From: a virus
Strand: one strand, 5' to 3'
Length of the DNA stretch: 64,000 nucleotides
Virus record (IMG/VR): IMGVR_UViG_3300013093_003863
Span: 1 to 64,000 of that record
Shown here in pieces: positions 46,008 to 55,388 of the stretch (position 1 is the stretch's first letter; each line of letters opens with the position of its first letter). The translations under genes and the position numbers were made by a program. Below the pieces are notes generated by a model. The model did no database searches. It saw nothing but the letters and a program-made list of their open reading frames with translations, and had not been told where the DNA came from.

Positions 46008-46865
46008 TTAGGTTACAAAAGTATTTAGCAAGGAAACAGTTTCTTTTTCGTTTGTAACAATTTTGTTATCTACTAGAAAGTCGACCCACTGCTGAATTTG
46101 ACTCGGGGATAACAGTTTATAGGTGCGTCGATGTATGCTGGCCGTGAGCAGTTTGGGATTGGATTTTGCAGTTTCTAGTAGATGGTCAAAATTGTCGGCT
46201 TCCCAATCGGCTATGTTTAAAACATTGTAGTAACTGTACAAATTATACAATTTATCGTAGGTGCCACATTGTGAAAGCACAAATCCCGAATACAAATGAA
46301 ATTCTGTAACCAAATTGGGATACCGTACATTGGTTTGAAAAAACTCGGGAAAATCACTCACACTGTCTACTAGATTGCGTACAGTGTCGGTATGAAACAA
46401 AAAAGGTACACCGGCCGGACCCAGCACCCGTGGCATAGCGATGTTGTAGTAGCGTTCGACAAATTTTTGGCTTGATTCAAACACGGGAAACACATTGATA
46501 GCTCCGGTTCTCGGTCGACCTTGCGGGTCAAATAGATTGTCAAACGATTGCACAAACCAAGTCTTGGCATCCAGAACCATGCTCCATGTCATGGCAGATT
46601 CTCCGGCGGCCAACAGTTTTAACAGTTGTTGTTCTTCCCAACCGTTGATTCGGCTTTGATAATTCCATTTGCTTTTGGGAACAACACGCACCAACGAGCA
46701 CAACGGTCCCCACCAATTGCAATCAATTTTGTGAACAATACGGTCATGATCGTTGACCACAACGGTGATACAACCTACGTTGTTCACGTGTTGTTGTATG
46801 CTTTGTGCTTGTATTTTTAGTAAGGGTAGTTCGGGTTCAAATACTACAGTAATGAGTTCTAGCAT
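46008..46865 (-). CDS. GT-A-like / DUF6492-like protein
   Basis: GWEEQQLLKL, VLDAKTWF, TEFHLY. Confidence 0.55.
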   Translation of the reverse strand: MLELITVVFEPELPLLKIQAQSIQQHVNNVGCITVVVNDHDRIVHKIDCNWWGPLCSLVRVVPKSKWNYQSRINGWEEQQLLKLLAAGESAMTWSMVLDAKTWFVQSFDNLFDPQGRPRTGAINVFPVFESSQKFVERYYNIAMPRVLGPAGVPFLFHTDTVRNLVDSVSDFPEFFQTNVRYPNLVTEFHLYSGFVLSQCGTYDKLYNLYSYYNVLNIADWEADNFDHLLETAKSNPKLLTASIHRRTYKLLSPSQIQQWVDFLVDNKIVTNEKETVSLLNTFVT

Positions 46866-46873
46866 AGAAATAC

Positions 46874-47434
46874 TTATAGTATTCCTGCGGCTGCCTTTAA
46901 ACTTCGAATATATTCAGTATTGGCCGATCTAGCCGGTATCGGCAAGCCGGCAGCACTACGCATCTCGTCCAAGGACTGATTGCCAAATTTGGCATCGTAG
47001 TCTTCGGGAGTGCACGGAATCATTTCCTTCAACGAGTCAACATCAAAGTAAGTTTCTCTATTGTCTTTTACATAACGAACACGCCAGTCCTTGAGTTTTT
47101 GCTTGGTCACGTTCATCATGTCCTTCATGATTGTTTCTATATTGTCTACCACTTGTTCGTTGCGATCCAGTTCCAAGAACACAAGATAATCGCCGTCGTC
47201 CATTTCGCCGGTGCTGGTGTCGGCATCAATAACACAGTCGTAGCCCTTTTCAAGAAAGTTAACGAGATCGGCAGCCGGTTGTTTGCCGGCGACTTTGAAG
47301 CTCAGTACAACAATGTCTCGGTCCTCGCCAATCTTGCTCTTGAATTCGTCGATGTGCAATTCGGGATGCACTAGACGTTTCAGATCGCCTGGCTCTAGTC
47401 CTTCAAAAATATTATTGTGTTGGTTGTTCAGCAT
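46874..47434 (-). CDS. hypothetical phage protein
   Basis: 186-aa ORF, IDEFKSKIG..DLVNFLEKGY. Confidence 0.72.
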   Translation of the reverse strand: MLNNQHNNIFEGLEPGDLKRLVHPELHIDEFKSKIGEDRDIVVLSFKVAGKQPAADLVNFLEKGYDCVIDADTSTGEMDDGDYLVFLELDRNEQVVDNIETIMKDMMNVTKQKLKDWRVRYVKDNRETYFDVDSLKEMIPCTPEDYDAKFGNQSLDEMRSAAGLPIPARSANTEYIRSLKAAAGIL

Positions 47435-47969
47435 CAGCTTCTCCGCCCAAGGATTGATTGTCGATATTGGTAGTTTGATTTAGAGTTTGATCTCCGCCTT
47501 CTTCGTAGGCCTGATCAATATCTTCCATGTCCACTGTGCCCGATGCCAATTCCAATGCACCCTGCTCGATGTCTTGCATGAGTTTTTTGGGCATGATGAT
47601 TTCTACCAACCAAATTGGACTTTTGATCAGTTTTGGTACTTTTGTACCAGGTTTGTAATCGTACGGTGTTTTTACTTTTTTGGGATGTTCAAAGTAGTCA
47701 CGTTTGTAATTTACTTCGCAATCAAATTCCACTAACCGTGCAGCTCCACGCGGGTCGGGCATTTTTTTGTAAGGCCACATAAATGTGCAACCCACAAAAT
47801 ACTTTTCGTATACAGGTCCTTTGACCAGTTCGCCCTGTTTCCAGTTCGCGAATGCATAAACATCTAGTTCGTCTACCACACGCTCGAAGTCTAGCAGTGT
47901 GTTGACTGCAGAGTCGGTCATGAAGATATCTTTGGTGTTGTCTAATAGTTCTTTAATATTTGCCGGCAT
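47412..47969 (-). CDS. hypothetical phage protein
   Basis: LLDFERVVDELDVYAFANW..MPDPRGA; TATAAATA at 47977-47984. Confidence 0.75.
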   Translation of the reverse strand: MPANIKELLDNTKDIFMTDSAVNTLLDFERVVDELDVYAFANWKQGELVKGPVYEKYFVGCTFMWPYKKMPDPRGAARLVEFDCEVNYKRDYFEHPKKVKTPYDYKPGTKVPKLIKSPIWLVEIIMPKKLMQDIEQGALELASGTVDMEDIDQAYEEGGDQTLNQTTNIDNQSLGGEADAEQPTQ

Positions 47970-47989
47970 AGTAGTGTATTTATACAATC

Positions 47990-49174
47990 CTAGAACTTGT
48001 AATGGTTGTTGATTCCGGTGTCGTGATAGTCGGCAGATCCTAGACAGTAAAACGGGCTTAAAAATCCCACAAATCCCACGGGTCGTCCCAGCTCGTTATT
48101 GAAATACTTGGGATCTATGGTTTTGACCAAGAGATTTTGTCCGGCCTCTTGAATACGAAAAGCAGCGGTATTTTGAAAGTTGTGATAAAACCAATAGTCC
48201 ATTTCGTTGTAAAAACTGTTGGTGGGTTTACTGGTTTGAAACGTAGCCGGATCGTAGTCGGGATAGATCAAGGGTTTGACCACTTGTTCATAGGCACTGC
48301 GATGTGCAATGCTGTAATTGGGCCAACGCACTAGATACTGTAGATGTTTGTTGGCCGGCAAGCTGAACCAGGTGCGTATTATGTGTGCTTGTTTTTGCAC
48401 TATTTCGGGAAAATCTGGAGTCCAATAAAAATATTCGTTCGTGATATTGTTGTAATCGTAAACAGTATTACTATGATTGGCCTGCAAATCCATAAAATAC
48501 ACATACCATTTGCCGTCCTTGATGCACATCTTGGGCTTGTCAATTCCGTACAACACACAGATTTTTTTGCCGGTATCGGCAAATTCACGATGTTCTTTCA
48601 TGGCCACAGCATCGTGCTTGCACACATGAGCCAATTGAAAATAGTCTTTGCCTCGAAAAACCCAAGTTTCATCAGTGGCACTGTCCAAGATAAATTCACT
48701 GTAGTCGTGTATGGTAATTCGCACTCGAGGAAAATGTGTTTGGACCCAATTCAGTAACGGTCTAGCAGCAAAATCGTATTCGCTAAGAGTATTTTGGGGT
48801 TTGGTATTGAACGGATCACTGCTGACTCCTTTTTCGCCCTGTTTGGGATAGCGAAAAACTATTTCATCTATGTGTATGCCGTTGCGTAAAAAACTGTAAA
48901 TAGCAGTAGTACTGTCGCCACCGCCGGACGCTTCAACTCGAATCCAATCATAACGTTCGCGTAATTGTTGTGCACGTTGTCTATACAATTCACGCAAGTC
49001 TGTTTCGGGTTCTTGTTCCCATGCCATGGCATCAAATATTGGTCTATTAAAATTCCATTCGGGAAAACGATTGGTCTTGGTGGCAGTAATCAGTGCCTGC
49101 ACTTTGTTGTATATTTTTTCATCACCAAGTTGGTAGTACCCCAACTTGGTATTTTGTTCAATGCCTTTAATCAA
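47990..49174 (-). CDS. PP-loop (adenine nucleotide alpha hydrolase-like) protein
   Basis: ASGGGDST PP-loop; GIDKP; EYFYW. Confidence 0.6.
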   Translation of the reverse strand: MIKGIEQNTKLGYYQLGDEKIYNKVQALITATKTNRFPEWNFNRPIFDAMAWEQEPETDLRELYRQRAQQLRERYDWIRVEASGGGDSTTAIYSFLRNGIHIDEIVFRYPKQGEKGVSSDPFNTKPQNTLSEYDFAARPLLNWVQTHFPRVRITIHDYSEFILDSATDETWVFRGKDYFQLAHVCKHDAVAMKEHREFADTGKKICVLYGIDKPKMCIKDGKWYVYFMDLQANHSNTVYDYNNITNEYFYWTPDFPEIVQKQAHIIRTWFSLPANKHLQYLVRWPNYSIAHRSAYEQVVKPLIYPDYDPATFQTSKPTNSFYNEMDYWFYHNFQNTAAFRIQEAGQNLLVKTIDPKYFNNELGRPVGFVGFLSPFYCLGSADYHDTGINNHYKF

Positions 49175-50060
49175 TTTTTACACCAGTGCTCAATTTCTTC
49201 CACTGGGCCTGTTGCGATTCGTACCAGGCATGCAAGTCTTGATCTTTCATTTCGCTCATGCTGTAACAATGATCGATCAAGTAGGATTTTTGCACCGATT
49301 CGGCTCGAGCAGCCTGTACCAGTATCTTACGCCATTCGCGAAATTTTTCATCCGGCACCGATTTTGGTACAACCAAATGATGCGGGGCATCCATGTTGGA
49401 CACTATTTTTGCAAATCCCTCGCCGGCCAAGATCGGATGATGATTGACCGATTTGGGGCCAGTGGTTCCCAGTATGTGTACCTTGTCGCCCCAGGACTCG
49501 CTTTCGCCTAGAAATCCCACGTGCAAGTCAATGTTGCCCGACATCATGGACAAAATGCTGTCGTTTGTACTCTTGAACGGCACAACTTGAACATTGGGAA
49601 ATTTAGACACAATCTGCAACGAAGTCAAATGGGTAGTCACTCCCAATCCGCTTGTGCCAATATTGAGTGGTTTGTCCTTGGGAACATCGGCCCAGGTTTG
49701 ATACTTGGTGCTACTGATTGCTATTGGTGCATTACATTGTGGCATTAGTTCTTGAAAATCGTTGACATTGTAACTTTCATTGGGATAAAAATTGGGTCGG
49801 ATAAAAAATGCACTGCTGGTGGCCAAAATAGTATTACTGTTATTTTTCACAAAATTAGCAGCAATGGCATTGCCAGCACCGGGTTTGGTATCAAACACAA
49901 AGGTGTATTTGTCCTGTATATGGTTGGCTTCCTCGACCAAGGTCCTACTGTATGCAGCCATGGTGTCTGCGGGACTAAAAGCATAATAAATTGTCACAGT
50001 TTCTTTAGCCATGCTCGTGATTGCAAATGCAGAAAGAACAACGGCGAGTAATTTTTTCAT
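49167..50060 (-). CDS. Bug/TctC tripartite tricarboxylate transporter substrate-binding protein
   Basis: signal peptide, KPGAGNAIAA, GTSGLGVTTHL, VPFKS..GNID. Confidence 0.8.
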   Translation of the reverse strand: MKKLLAVVLSAFAITSMAKETVTIYYAFSPADTMAAYSRTLVEEANHIQDKYTFVFDTKPGAGNAIAANFVKNNSNTILATSSAFFIRPNFYPNESYNVNDFQELMPQCNAPIAISSTKYQTWADVPKDKPLNIGTSGLGVTTHLTSLQIVSKFPNVQVVPFKSTNDSILSMMSGNIDLHVGFLGESESWGDKVHILGTTGPKSVNHHPILAGEGFAKIVSNMDAPHHLVVPKSVPDEKFREWRKILVQAARAESVQKSYLIDHCYSMSEMKDQDLHAWYESQQAQWKKLSTGVKID

Positions 50061-50107
50061 AGAAATTCCTTTGTAAGTGTTTGTATTTTATACTAAAATT
50101 GTCAATC

Positions 50108-50250
50108 GAGCAATCGTAATTGCCCATTTGCTTGTAGAGAAAATCTACTTACGGGAATTGGCGTTCCAGGCATATCATGCTAGTAAAAGGGTTTCGCTAC
50201 CCTAGGCGTCAATGTGCAGTCCGACGTCAGAATCATTTCCGGCGTTGCTA
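50108..50250 (-). ncRNA. candidate structured leader/sRNA upstream of the Bug gene
   Basis: starts below TATAAATA (50254-50261); stems ACGCCGGAA/UUCUGACGU, AGGGU/ACCCU, GCAU/AUGC, CCCGU/AUGGG, GUAGA/UCUAC, closing AGCAA/UUGCU. Confidence 0.55.
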
Positions 50251-50263
50251 CAGTATTTATAAT

Positions 50264-50917
50264 TTATTTTTGCAGTCGATTATTTCTGTCGGGTCGACAA
50301 CCGGCCAGCACATACTCGTCAAGCCAGTGCTCGTCAATGTATTTTACATACTTGTGATTGGCATCTTCACTGATAAAACTCATTAATTTTTCCGGATCAG
50401 TTTCTACAGGAAATTGAGTTATAGTTCCAACCCACTTCATGTAGTGTTCGCGGTGCAGGAAAAATGCCTCATGATCCAAAAAATGCACAAGAAAACCGCT
50501 GGGAATTAAAATATTGTAATAGTATTCTTGTGCAATAGGCGTTGTGTGTTGTTTACGTACACGCATCTGTTGCACTTGATTGATATTTTGATCTCGTACA
50601 ATAATGGCCACTTGCACATCAATACCAAAACTTTCAGCACGACGTGCAACTCCTACTATGTCGGGAATCCTACGCTCACCATCAAAAAAGAACGGACAAC
50701 TTACGTTAGCAAGATGATAGTCCCGGTTGTCAAAATGGCCGGCTTCTAGTTTTTTGGGATCGACCCAATACTCGGCAAACGGTTCTTGATCACTAGGTAC
50801 CCAATAGTTAGAGAGCATTTCGTCCCACCCGGCTACCGCAGGATGTTGACTTAGTACACGACTAAACAAATGATTTCCTGACCCTTGCGGCCCGGTTATG
50901 ATTAGTAAATGTTTCAT
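50264..50917 (-). CDS. P-loop sulfotransferase/kinase-like protein
   Basis: ITGPQGSGNHLFSRVLSQHP; IIVRD. Confidence 0.65.
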   Translation of the reverse strand: MKHLLIITGPQGSGNHLFSRVLSQHPAVAGWDEMLSNYWVPSDQEPFAEYWVDPKKLEAGHFDNRDYHLANVSCPFFFDGERRIPDIVGVARRAESFGIDVQVAIIVRDQNINQVQQMRVRKQHTTPIAQEYYYNILIPSGFLVHFLDHEAFFLHREHYMKWVGTITQFPVETDPEKLMSFISEDANHKYVKYIDEHWLDEYVLAGCRPDRNNRLQK

Positions 50918-51585
50918 AGTATTAGCGGAGTTCGCTTGAGTTCTTTCAAGAATGCTTTGGTCTTGTCTGTTATAATACCAGTTAACTGTAGCGTAACTCG
51001 GGGATGGAATCCGGCATTGGCGGTACTGTGTGGCATGTTACGCCAATCAAATGTATGTACATCTCCAGCACGCCATTGTGTATGTGTATAGTTACCGTAA
51101 CTCCAAAACTGTCCCGGTTGCCAGTCAGTTAGTGCGATAAAGTATCGGCCAACACGTTCAGGTTGTTCGGGGAACCATTTGTATAGTTTGTCAATATGCA
51201 AGTGCCACAACTGACCGGGTTGTTGTACATGGATACGTTCCATGTTGTCTTCTAACGCAAATGCATCACTTATTGTCTGCAACTTCTTGGGCAGTCGCCA
51301 CGCCAAGTTTGTAATGATAACTTTGGGATCAATTCCCACACGCTCCAAGTCATATTCCTCATCCACTAGTTCGGGACGTGGAACATCCACTCCCTCGCCC
51401 TTGAATCCACGTGTTTCCCAATTGGCCGGCTTTGAATTTGCAACAATCTTTTTAACTTCTCGAGAGAAGTCTGCTTCTATTCGGCCCAGCTCAAAGTACA
51501 CATCTCGTTTCTTATCAACAACGGTGTTGTCAAAATGATATGTGCTCGCTTTGCGTAATTTATCCCAACTGCTTTCTTTTTTCAT
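50914..51585 (-). CDS. 2OG-Fe(II)/cupin oxygenase
   Basis: QQPGQLWHLHID (HxD), WRAGD, PHSTAN, RVTLQLTG. Confidence 0.75.
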   Translation of the reverse strand: MKKESSWDKLRKASTYHFDNTVVDKKRDVYFELGRIEADFSREVKKIVANSKPANWETRGFKGEGVDVPRPELVDEEYDLERVGIDPKVIITNLAWRLPKKLQTISDAFALEDNMERIHVQQPGQLWHLHIDKLYKWFPEQPERVGRYFIALTDWQPGQFWSYGNYTHTQWRAGDVHTFDWRNMPHSTANAGFHPRVTLQLTGIITDKTKAFLKELKRTPLIL

Positions 51586-52214
51586 TTTATTACCTTTACT
51601 GTTACGTCATTCTCAATATAATTTTGCTTGTATTCCGCGGGAGGAGTTGCTATCGCCAACGCTCTGCACAATTGATGATTGTTTGTTGGCATTGCAAGAT
51701 TTTGGTCATACTCGGTCCAGGACTCTACTAGATTTGTATTCTGTTGATGTATACGTCGAGCCATTGTTTTTAAATCCACATAATACTTATGGTATAGCGG
51801 ATACGTGATATCAAAATGTCCGCATTTGACCCACCAACCCAAACAAGCATCATCACTGCGGTGAACTAATACAACGGGACACTCGGGCCAAGTTTTACGT
51901 AAAAAATCTATGTGGTTGCAAAAGATGTGACTTTTAATAATACGTATACCATTGTTGTCTCGTGCAAAGGGTGCATCAAATATGGCTTCTAAACTGGCCC
52001 GGCCATGAAAGTCCACCGACTCGGGCAAGTCCGATTCCATTCCGGGATCAAAGTACGCACCCAAGTGCATCAAGTCCATGGTACCGCTAGCATCGTGATA
52101 ATAAGTCCATTCCGCACGATAGTCACTGCGATCTATATCGGGACTGTAATAAATGTTTTTAACAACACTGCTCCATTTTGAGCCCGGAGCACCGGCTACA
52201 AAAATGTACTTCAT
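51582..52214 (-). CDS. P-loop sulfotransferase/kinase-like protein
   Basis: FVAGAPGSKWS; IIKSH; VLVHR. Confidence 0.6.
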   Translation of the reverse strand: MKYIFVAGAPGSKWSSVVKNIYYSPDIDRSDYRAEWTYYHDASGTMDLMHLGAYFDPGMESDLPESVDFHGRASLEAIFDAPFARDNNGIRIIKSHIFCNHIDFLRKTWPECPVVLVHRSDDACLGWWVKCGHFDITYPLYHKYYVDLKTMARRIHQQNTNLVESWTEYDQNLAMPTNNHQLCRALAIATPPAEYKQNYIENDVTVKVIK

Positions 52215-53194
52215 TAGTCTTTACTGATATCAATCTTTTCCAACATGGGTAAAAATGTATCACGTAGACTTTGTGCATGTCGAACCAATCCTGCAGGAGT
52301 CAATTCTGCATCATCGGTAAACACCACATTGTCATAACACCATTGTTGATACTGTTTACTGTGTACGGCGGCACTAAATGTCTTGACATACCAGTCAACG
52401 ACTTCTTGTGGTGTGTTGGGTGGCAATGCAATACTCCAAGCGGCATATACATTTACTCCGGGGGCAACACCGTTCAACAAAGGTACATTGGGATACTGTG
52501 CCATCTTGTGTGTTCCACTAAATCCAATTGCTTTGACTTTGCCGGCTTCGATCAAGGGTTTGGCCACTGCAATGGGCATGATACCAAACTCTGTGCCCAA
52601 GTTACCATCAAACTGTGCCACACTAGTAACTGCTTGCAATGGTCCATTAAATTTAACTGTTTTAACTAACTCGGTATTACCGTGTCCTTTAACCATTAAG
52701 TATTCAAACACTGTGCGATGTGCCCCTCCGCCCACCGCTACACTAATGGGGCGGTTGGTTGTGCTGATCAACTTTACAAATTCTTCAGGAGTATTAATTG
52801 TACTTCGAACACTGGCCACTAGCACTTGTGGACTCTTGCCCATGGTCAACACATGAGTAAATTCATTCCATTGCCATTTCTTTACAGACTTTTCCCAAAT
52901 ATCGTTTGTGACAAATGTGCTCATATGGCTTAACGCATTTATAGTATATCCATCTGGAGTGGCTTTGTACAATTCGTTCATTGACACCACACTGTCGGCT
53001 CCGGGCTTGTTTACCACATACCACTTGACCGTGGGTTGTGTTTGATTCACAATGGCCATTAGTTCTCTAAATGCCAGTTCATTACCAGCACCAGGATTGT
53101 TGCCTACAATTACTTCAATGGGCTTGTTGGGACTGGGTTCCCATGCAAATGCTAATGCAGGCAGTAGTAATAATATTGTTAAAATTCGTTTCAT
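52214..53194 (-). CDS. Bug/TctC substrate-binding protein
   Basis: signal peptide AFAW, PNKPIEVIV, VVNKPGA, PDGYT, GKVKAIG, PNVP, PPNTPQEVV. Confidence 0.85.
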   Translation of the reverse strand: MKRILTILLLLPALAFAWEPSPNKPIEVIVGNNPGAGNELAFRELMAIVNQTQPTVKWYVVNKPGADSVVSMNELYKATPDGYTINALSHMSTFVTNDIWEKSVKKWQWNEFTHVLTMGKSPQVLVASVRSTINTPEEFVKLISTTNRPISVAVGGGAHRTVFEYLMVKGHGNTELVKTVKFNGPLQAVTSVAQFDGNLGTEFGIMPIAVAKPLIEAGKVKAIGFSGTHKMAQYPNVPLLNGVAPGVNVYAAWSIALPPNTPQEVVDWYVKTFSAAVHSKQYQQWCYDNVVFTDDAELTPAGLVRHAQSLRDTFLPMLEKIDISKD

Positions 53195-53195
53195 G

Positions 53196-53750
53196 TTAAA
53201 GTCCTATTAATTGATTTATTTCATCGGGCATCCAAGCAACAGGCATGCGTTCTGGATGCCACACAACTCCGGCTAAGGCTAGCCTACTATCTATCCATGC
53301 TTCACAGTTTCCGGTTTCGTCTGTTGCTAATACAGTGGCATTTGGGTGTAATTGTTCTATGTATAAATTATGATGACTGTTTACTGTTTTTGTTTCACCA
53401 AAATAATTTATTTCGTGCAGTACATCCAAGTGTCCATCTATGGTACTTACTTTACCGCCTAATGCATCTACCAACAAAAAACATCCATGACAAATACCAA
53501 TTATTGGCTTGCCCTGTTTCATTACTTCTGTTGCTAGTTTTAATTCTGTGTTACGTCTAATTGCACTGTCATCACCACCTGTGATAATTAATGCATCAAT
53601 TGAAATTGCTAATTGTTTAAAATCTTGATCGTTTCTATTGGGAATAAAAACAAGCGTATGCTCTCGTAAATATGAATACCATCCATGTTCAATTGAGTCA
53701 TACGCTCGACTTTTGTGATATAAAACTCGTTGTGTGAGTCCTATCTTCAA
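53196..53750 (-). CDS. class I glutamine amidotransferase / peptidase C26 (PuuD-like)
   Basis: ITGGDD, GICHG, VNSHH, WHPE triad. Confidence 0.85.
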   Translation of the reverse strand: MKIGLTQRVLYHKSRAYDSIEHGWYSYLREHTLVFIPNRNDQDFKQLAISIDALIITGGDDSAIRRNTELKLATEVMKQGKPIIGICHGCFLLVDALGGKVSTIDGHLDVLHEINYFGETKTVNSHHNLYIEQLHPNATVLATDETGNCEAWIDSRLALAGVVWHPERMPVAWMPDEINQLIGL

Positions 53751-53751
53751 A

Positions 53752-54447
53752 TTACCATCCGTAAGCGTCGGCTACTAGTTCTTTACCAGCTTCTGCGGCT
53801 ACGGTATTCTTGCAGGAAATTTCATACAAGTCTTTACGCATAGCTTCTACTAGTGCAAAGGCACGAGCTTGAGCTTCTGGAGTTGTTACTAGTTGTTCTA
53901 ATTTACGTGCACCAATTTTACTGTGGAAACCTTCGTCCTTGGCAATCTTGGCATAAGCACCAGAGATAAATTCATCTTCAATACATTCGGCCATTTGATT
54001 CCAAACTGCTTCAGCACGTCCTTCAGCAACTAACTGATAAGCTGCCAATGCAATTGGATCATTCTCGGCATCGTACTTGGCCAATAAACCAGCACCTTTG
54101 GCAGTTGGCTTAGCGGCTTCGCGAGCAATAGCGGCTTGTACATCAATTGGACTACCTTGGATGTGTTCGATAACTTCTTTAACTAAACGGAAGTGTACTG
54201 CTTCATCGTGTGCTTGTTGTGTTAACAGTTGCAGTTCCACTGGATCTGCGTCAGCACCTAGTTCGGAAACTTGCTTGCTGATTTCAACCATGTTCATACG
54301 CTCGTTTACCATACGACCAATAAAGTGATCAACTAGTTCTTCTTGAGCAGGCTTGCTGTCAAAATATGCTTTAACATTGTGTTGACTTGCTTTAAATAAC
54401 GCTTGATTGTCGGCCACGATTTTGGCAACAAATTGTTTTGAGTCCAT
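53752..54447 (-). CDS. ferritin-like di-iron protein
   Basis: two ExxH motifs (DEAVH, DEGFH) plus upstream Glu in VNE and AEG; AAGGAG SD. Confidence 0.75.
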   Translation of the reverse strand: MDSKQFVAKIVADNQALFKASQHNVKAYFDSKPAQEELVDHFIGRMVNERMNMVEISKQVSELGADADPVELQLLTQQAHDEAVHFRLVKEVIEHIQGSPIDVQAAIAREAAKPTAKGAGLLAKYDAENDPIALAAYQLVAEGRAEAVWNQMAECIEDEFISGAYAKIAKDEGFHSKIGARKLEQLVTTPEAQARAFALVEAMRKDLYEISCKNTVAAEAGKELVADAYGW

Positions 54448-54520
54448 ACTATCTCCTTAAATATATTTAATAGAATTTGCATTTCTGCAAAAATATTTAT
54501 CCAAAACAAAGAAAATTTCA

Positions 54521-55246
54521 ATGAATACCAAAATTTTTAACTTAATCAAAGAAAATTTGCACTCTGCATTTAATTTACCCAAATATGCCAATATCGTTAT
54601 AGACGAAAACACTCAAGTGGATCAACTGCCCTGGACTCCGGCACGCTATCGCAAGTTTCGAGATGCAGTAGAATCAGAACTGAGTTTACCTTGTGATTAT
54701 GTTGGCACCTTGCGTAGCATAGTAGATGATCTCAGTGAACGATATATCCTACGCTTTTTTAGCGAGATTTGGAAACCACGCACCAATGATTATGATTACA
54801 CCGGTTGGGCACTTGTTGAAGAAATTAATGCCCAAAATCCTCGAGCAGTACTAGATGTAGGTTGCGGATACCATCCGTTTAAAGGACGTATACAAAATCT
54901 AGTGGGAATTGATCCTTACAACAATTGTGCCGATTTTGAAGTTGATATATTAGACTATAAGGTAAACCAAAAGTATGATCACATACTTGCACTAGGATCA
55001 ATCAATTTTAATAGTCGTGATGATATTGAAGCAAGATTCAGTCATTGCGTTGATCTATTAGAATCGGGAGGTAAATTTTATCTACGTGCCAACCCTGGCA
55101 TTGTACACAAGAATGGGCCTTATGTGGAAATATTTCCTTGGAGCTTTGAGATAGTAAGTGAATTTGCCGAGCGATACAATCTAAAGTTGCTGAAGTATAA
55201 ACAAGATGCCAATGATAGATTGTACTTTGTATATGAAAAATTATAG
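54521..55246 (+). CDS. class I SAM methyltransferase with ACP-like N-terminal region
   Basis: VLDVGCG, GIDP, LESGG; N-terminal 75 aa has ACP-like spacing. Confidence 0.75.
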   Translation: MNTKIFNLIKENLHSAFNLPKYANIVIDENTQVDQLPWTPARYRKFRDAVESELSLPCDYVGTLRSIVDDLSERYILRFFSEIWKPRTNDYDYTGWALVEEINAQNPRAVLDVGCGYHPFKGRIQNLVGIDPYNNCADFEVDILDYKVNQKYDHILALGSINFNSRDDIEARFSHCVDLLESGGKFYLRANPGIVHKNGPYVEIFPWSFEIVSEFAERYNLKLLKYKQDANDRLYFVYEKL

Positions 55247-55329
55247 TGCAGTCTAATACTTAGTCCTTAGATAAATTTCATTAACACTAGTAAAACCTTT
55301 TTGGGTTGGTTCTTAAATACTTGCGTGAA

Positions 55330-55355
55330 CATACTGTTGTTCGCAACACAGTATG
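55330..55355 (+). promoter_or_regulatory. 5' leader hairpin of phoH late transcript
   Basis: CAUACUGU/ACAGUAUG stem with UUCG loop, downstream of TAAATA 55314-55319. Confidence 0.5.
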
Positions 55356-55388
55356 GAACATGATGACACAAACCCCAAGGAGGTACTC

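Noticed and set aside
47990-49174. PP-loop protein as the missing QueC
   Set aside because: SGGxDS is shared by many PP-loop families; no QueC C-terminal Zn-binding Cys cluster, and it lies 30 kb from the que genes.
55353-55388. PhoH start at ATG 55353
   Set aside because: That ATG is buried in a hairpin with no SD; TTG 55389 follows a perfect AGGAGG.
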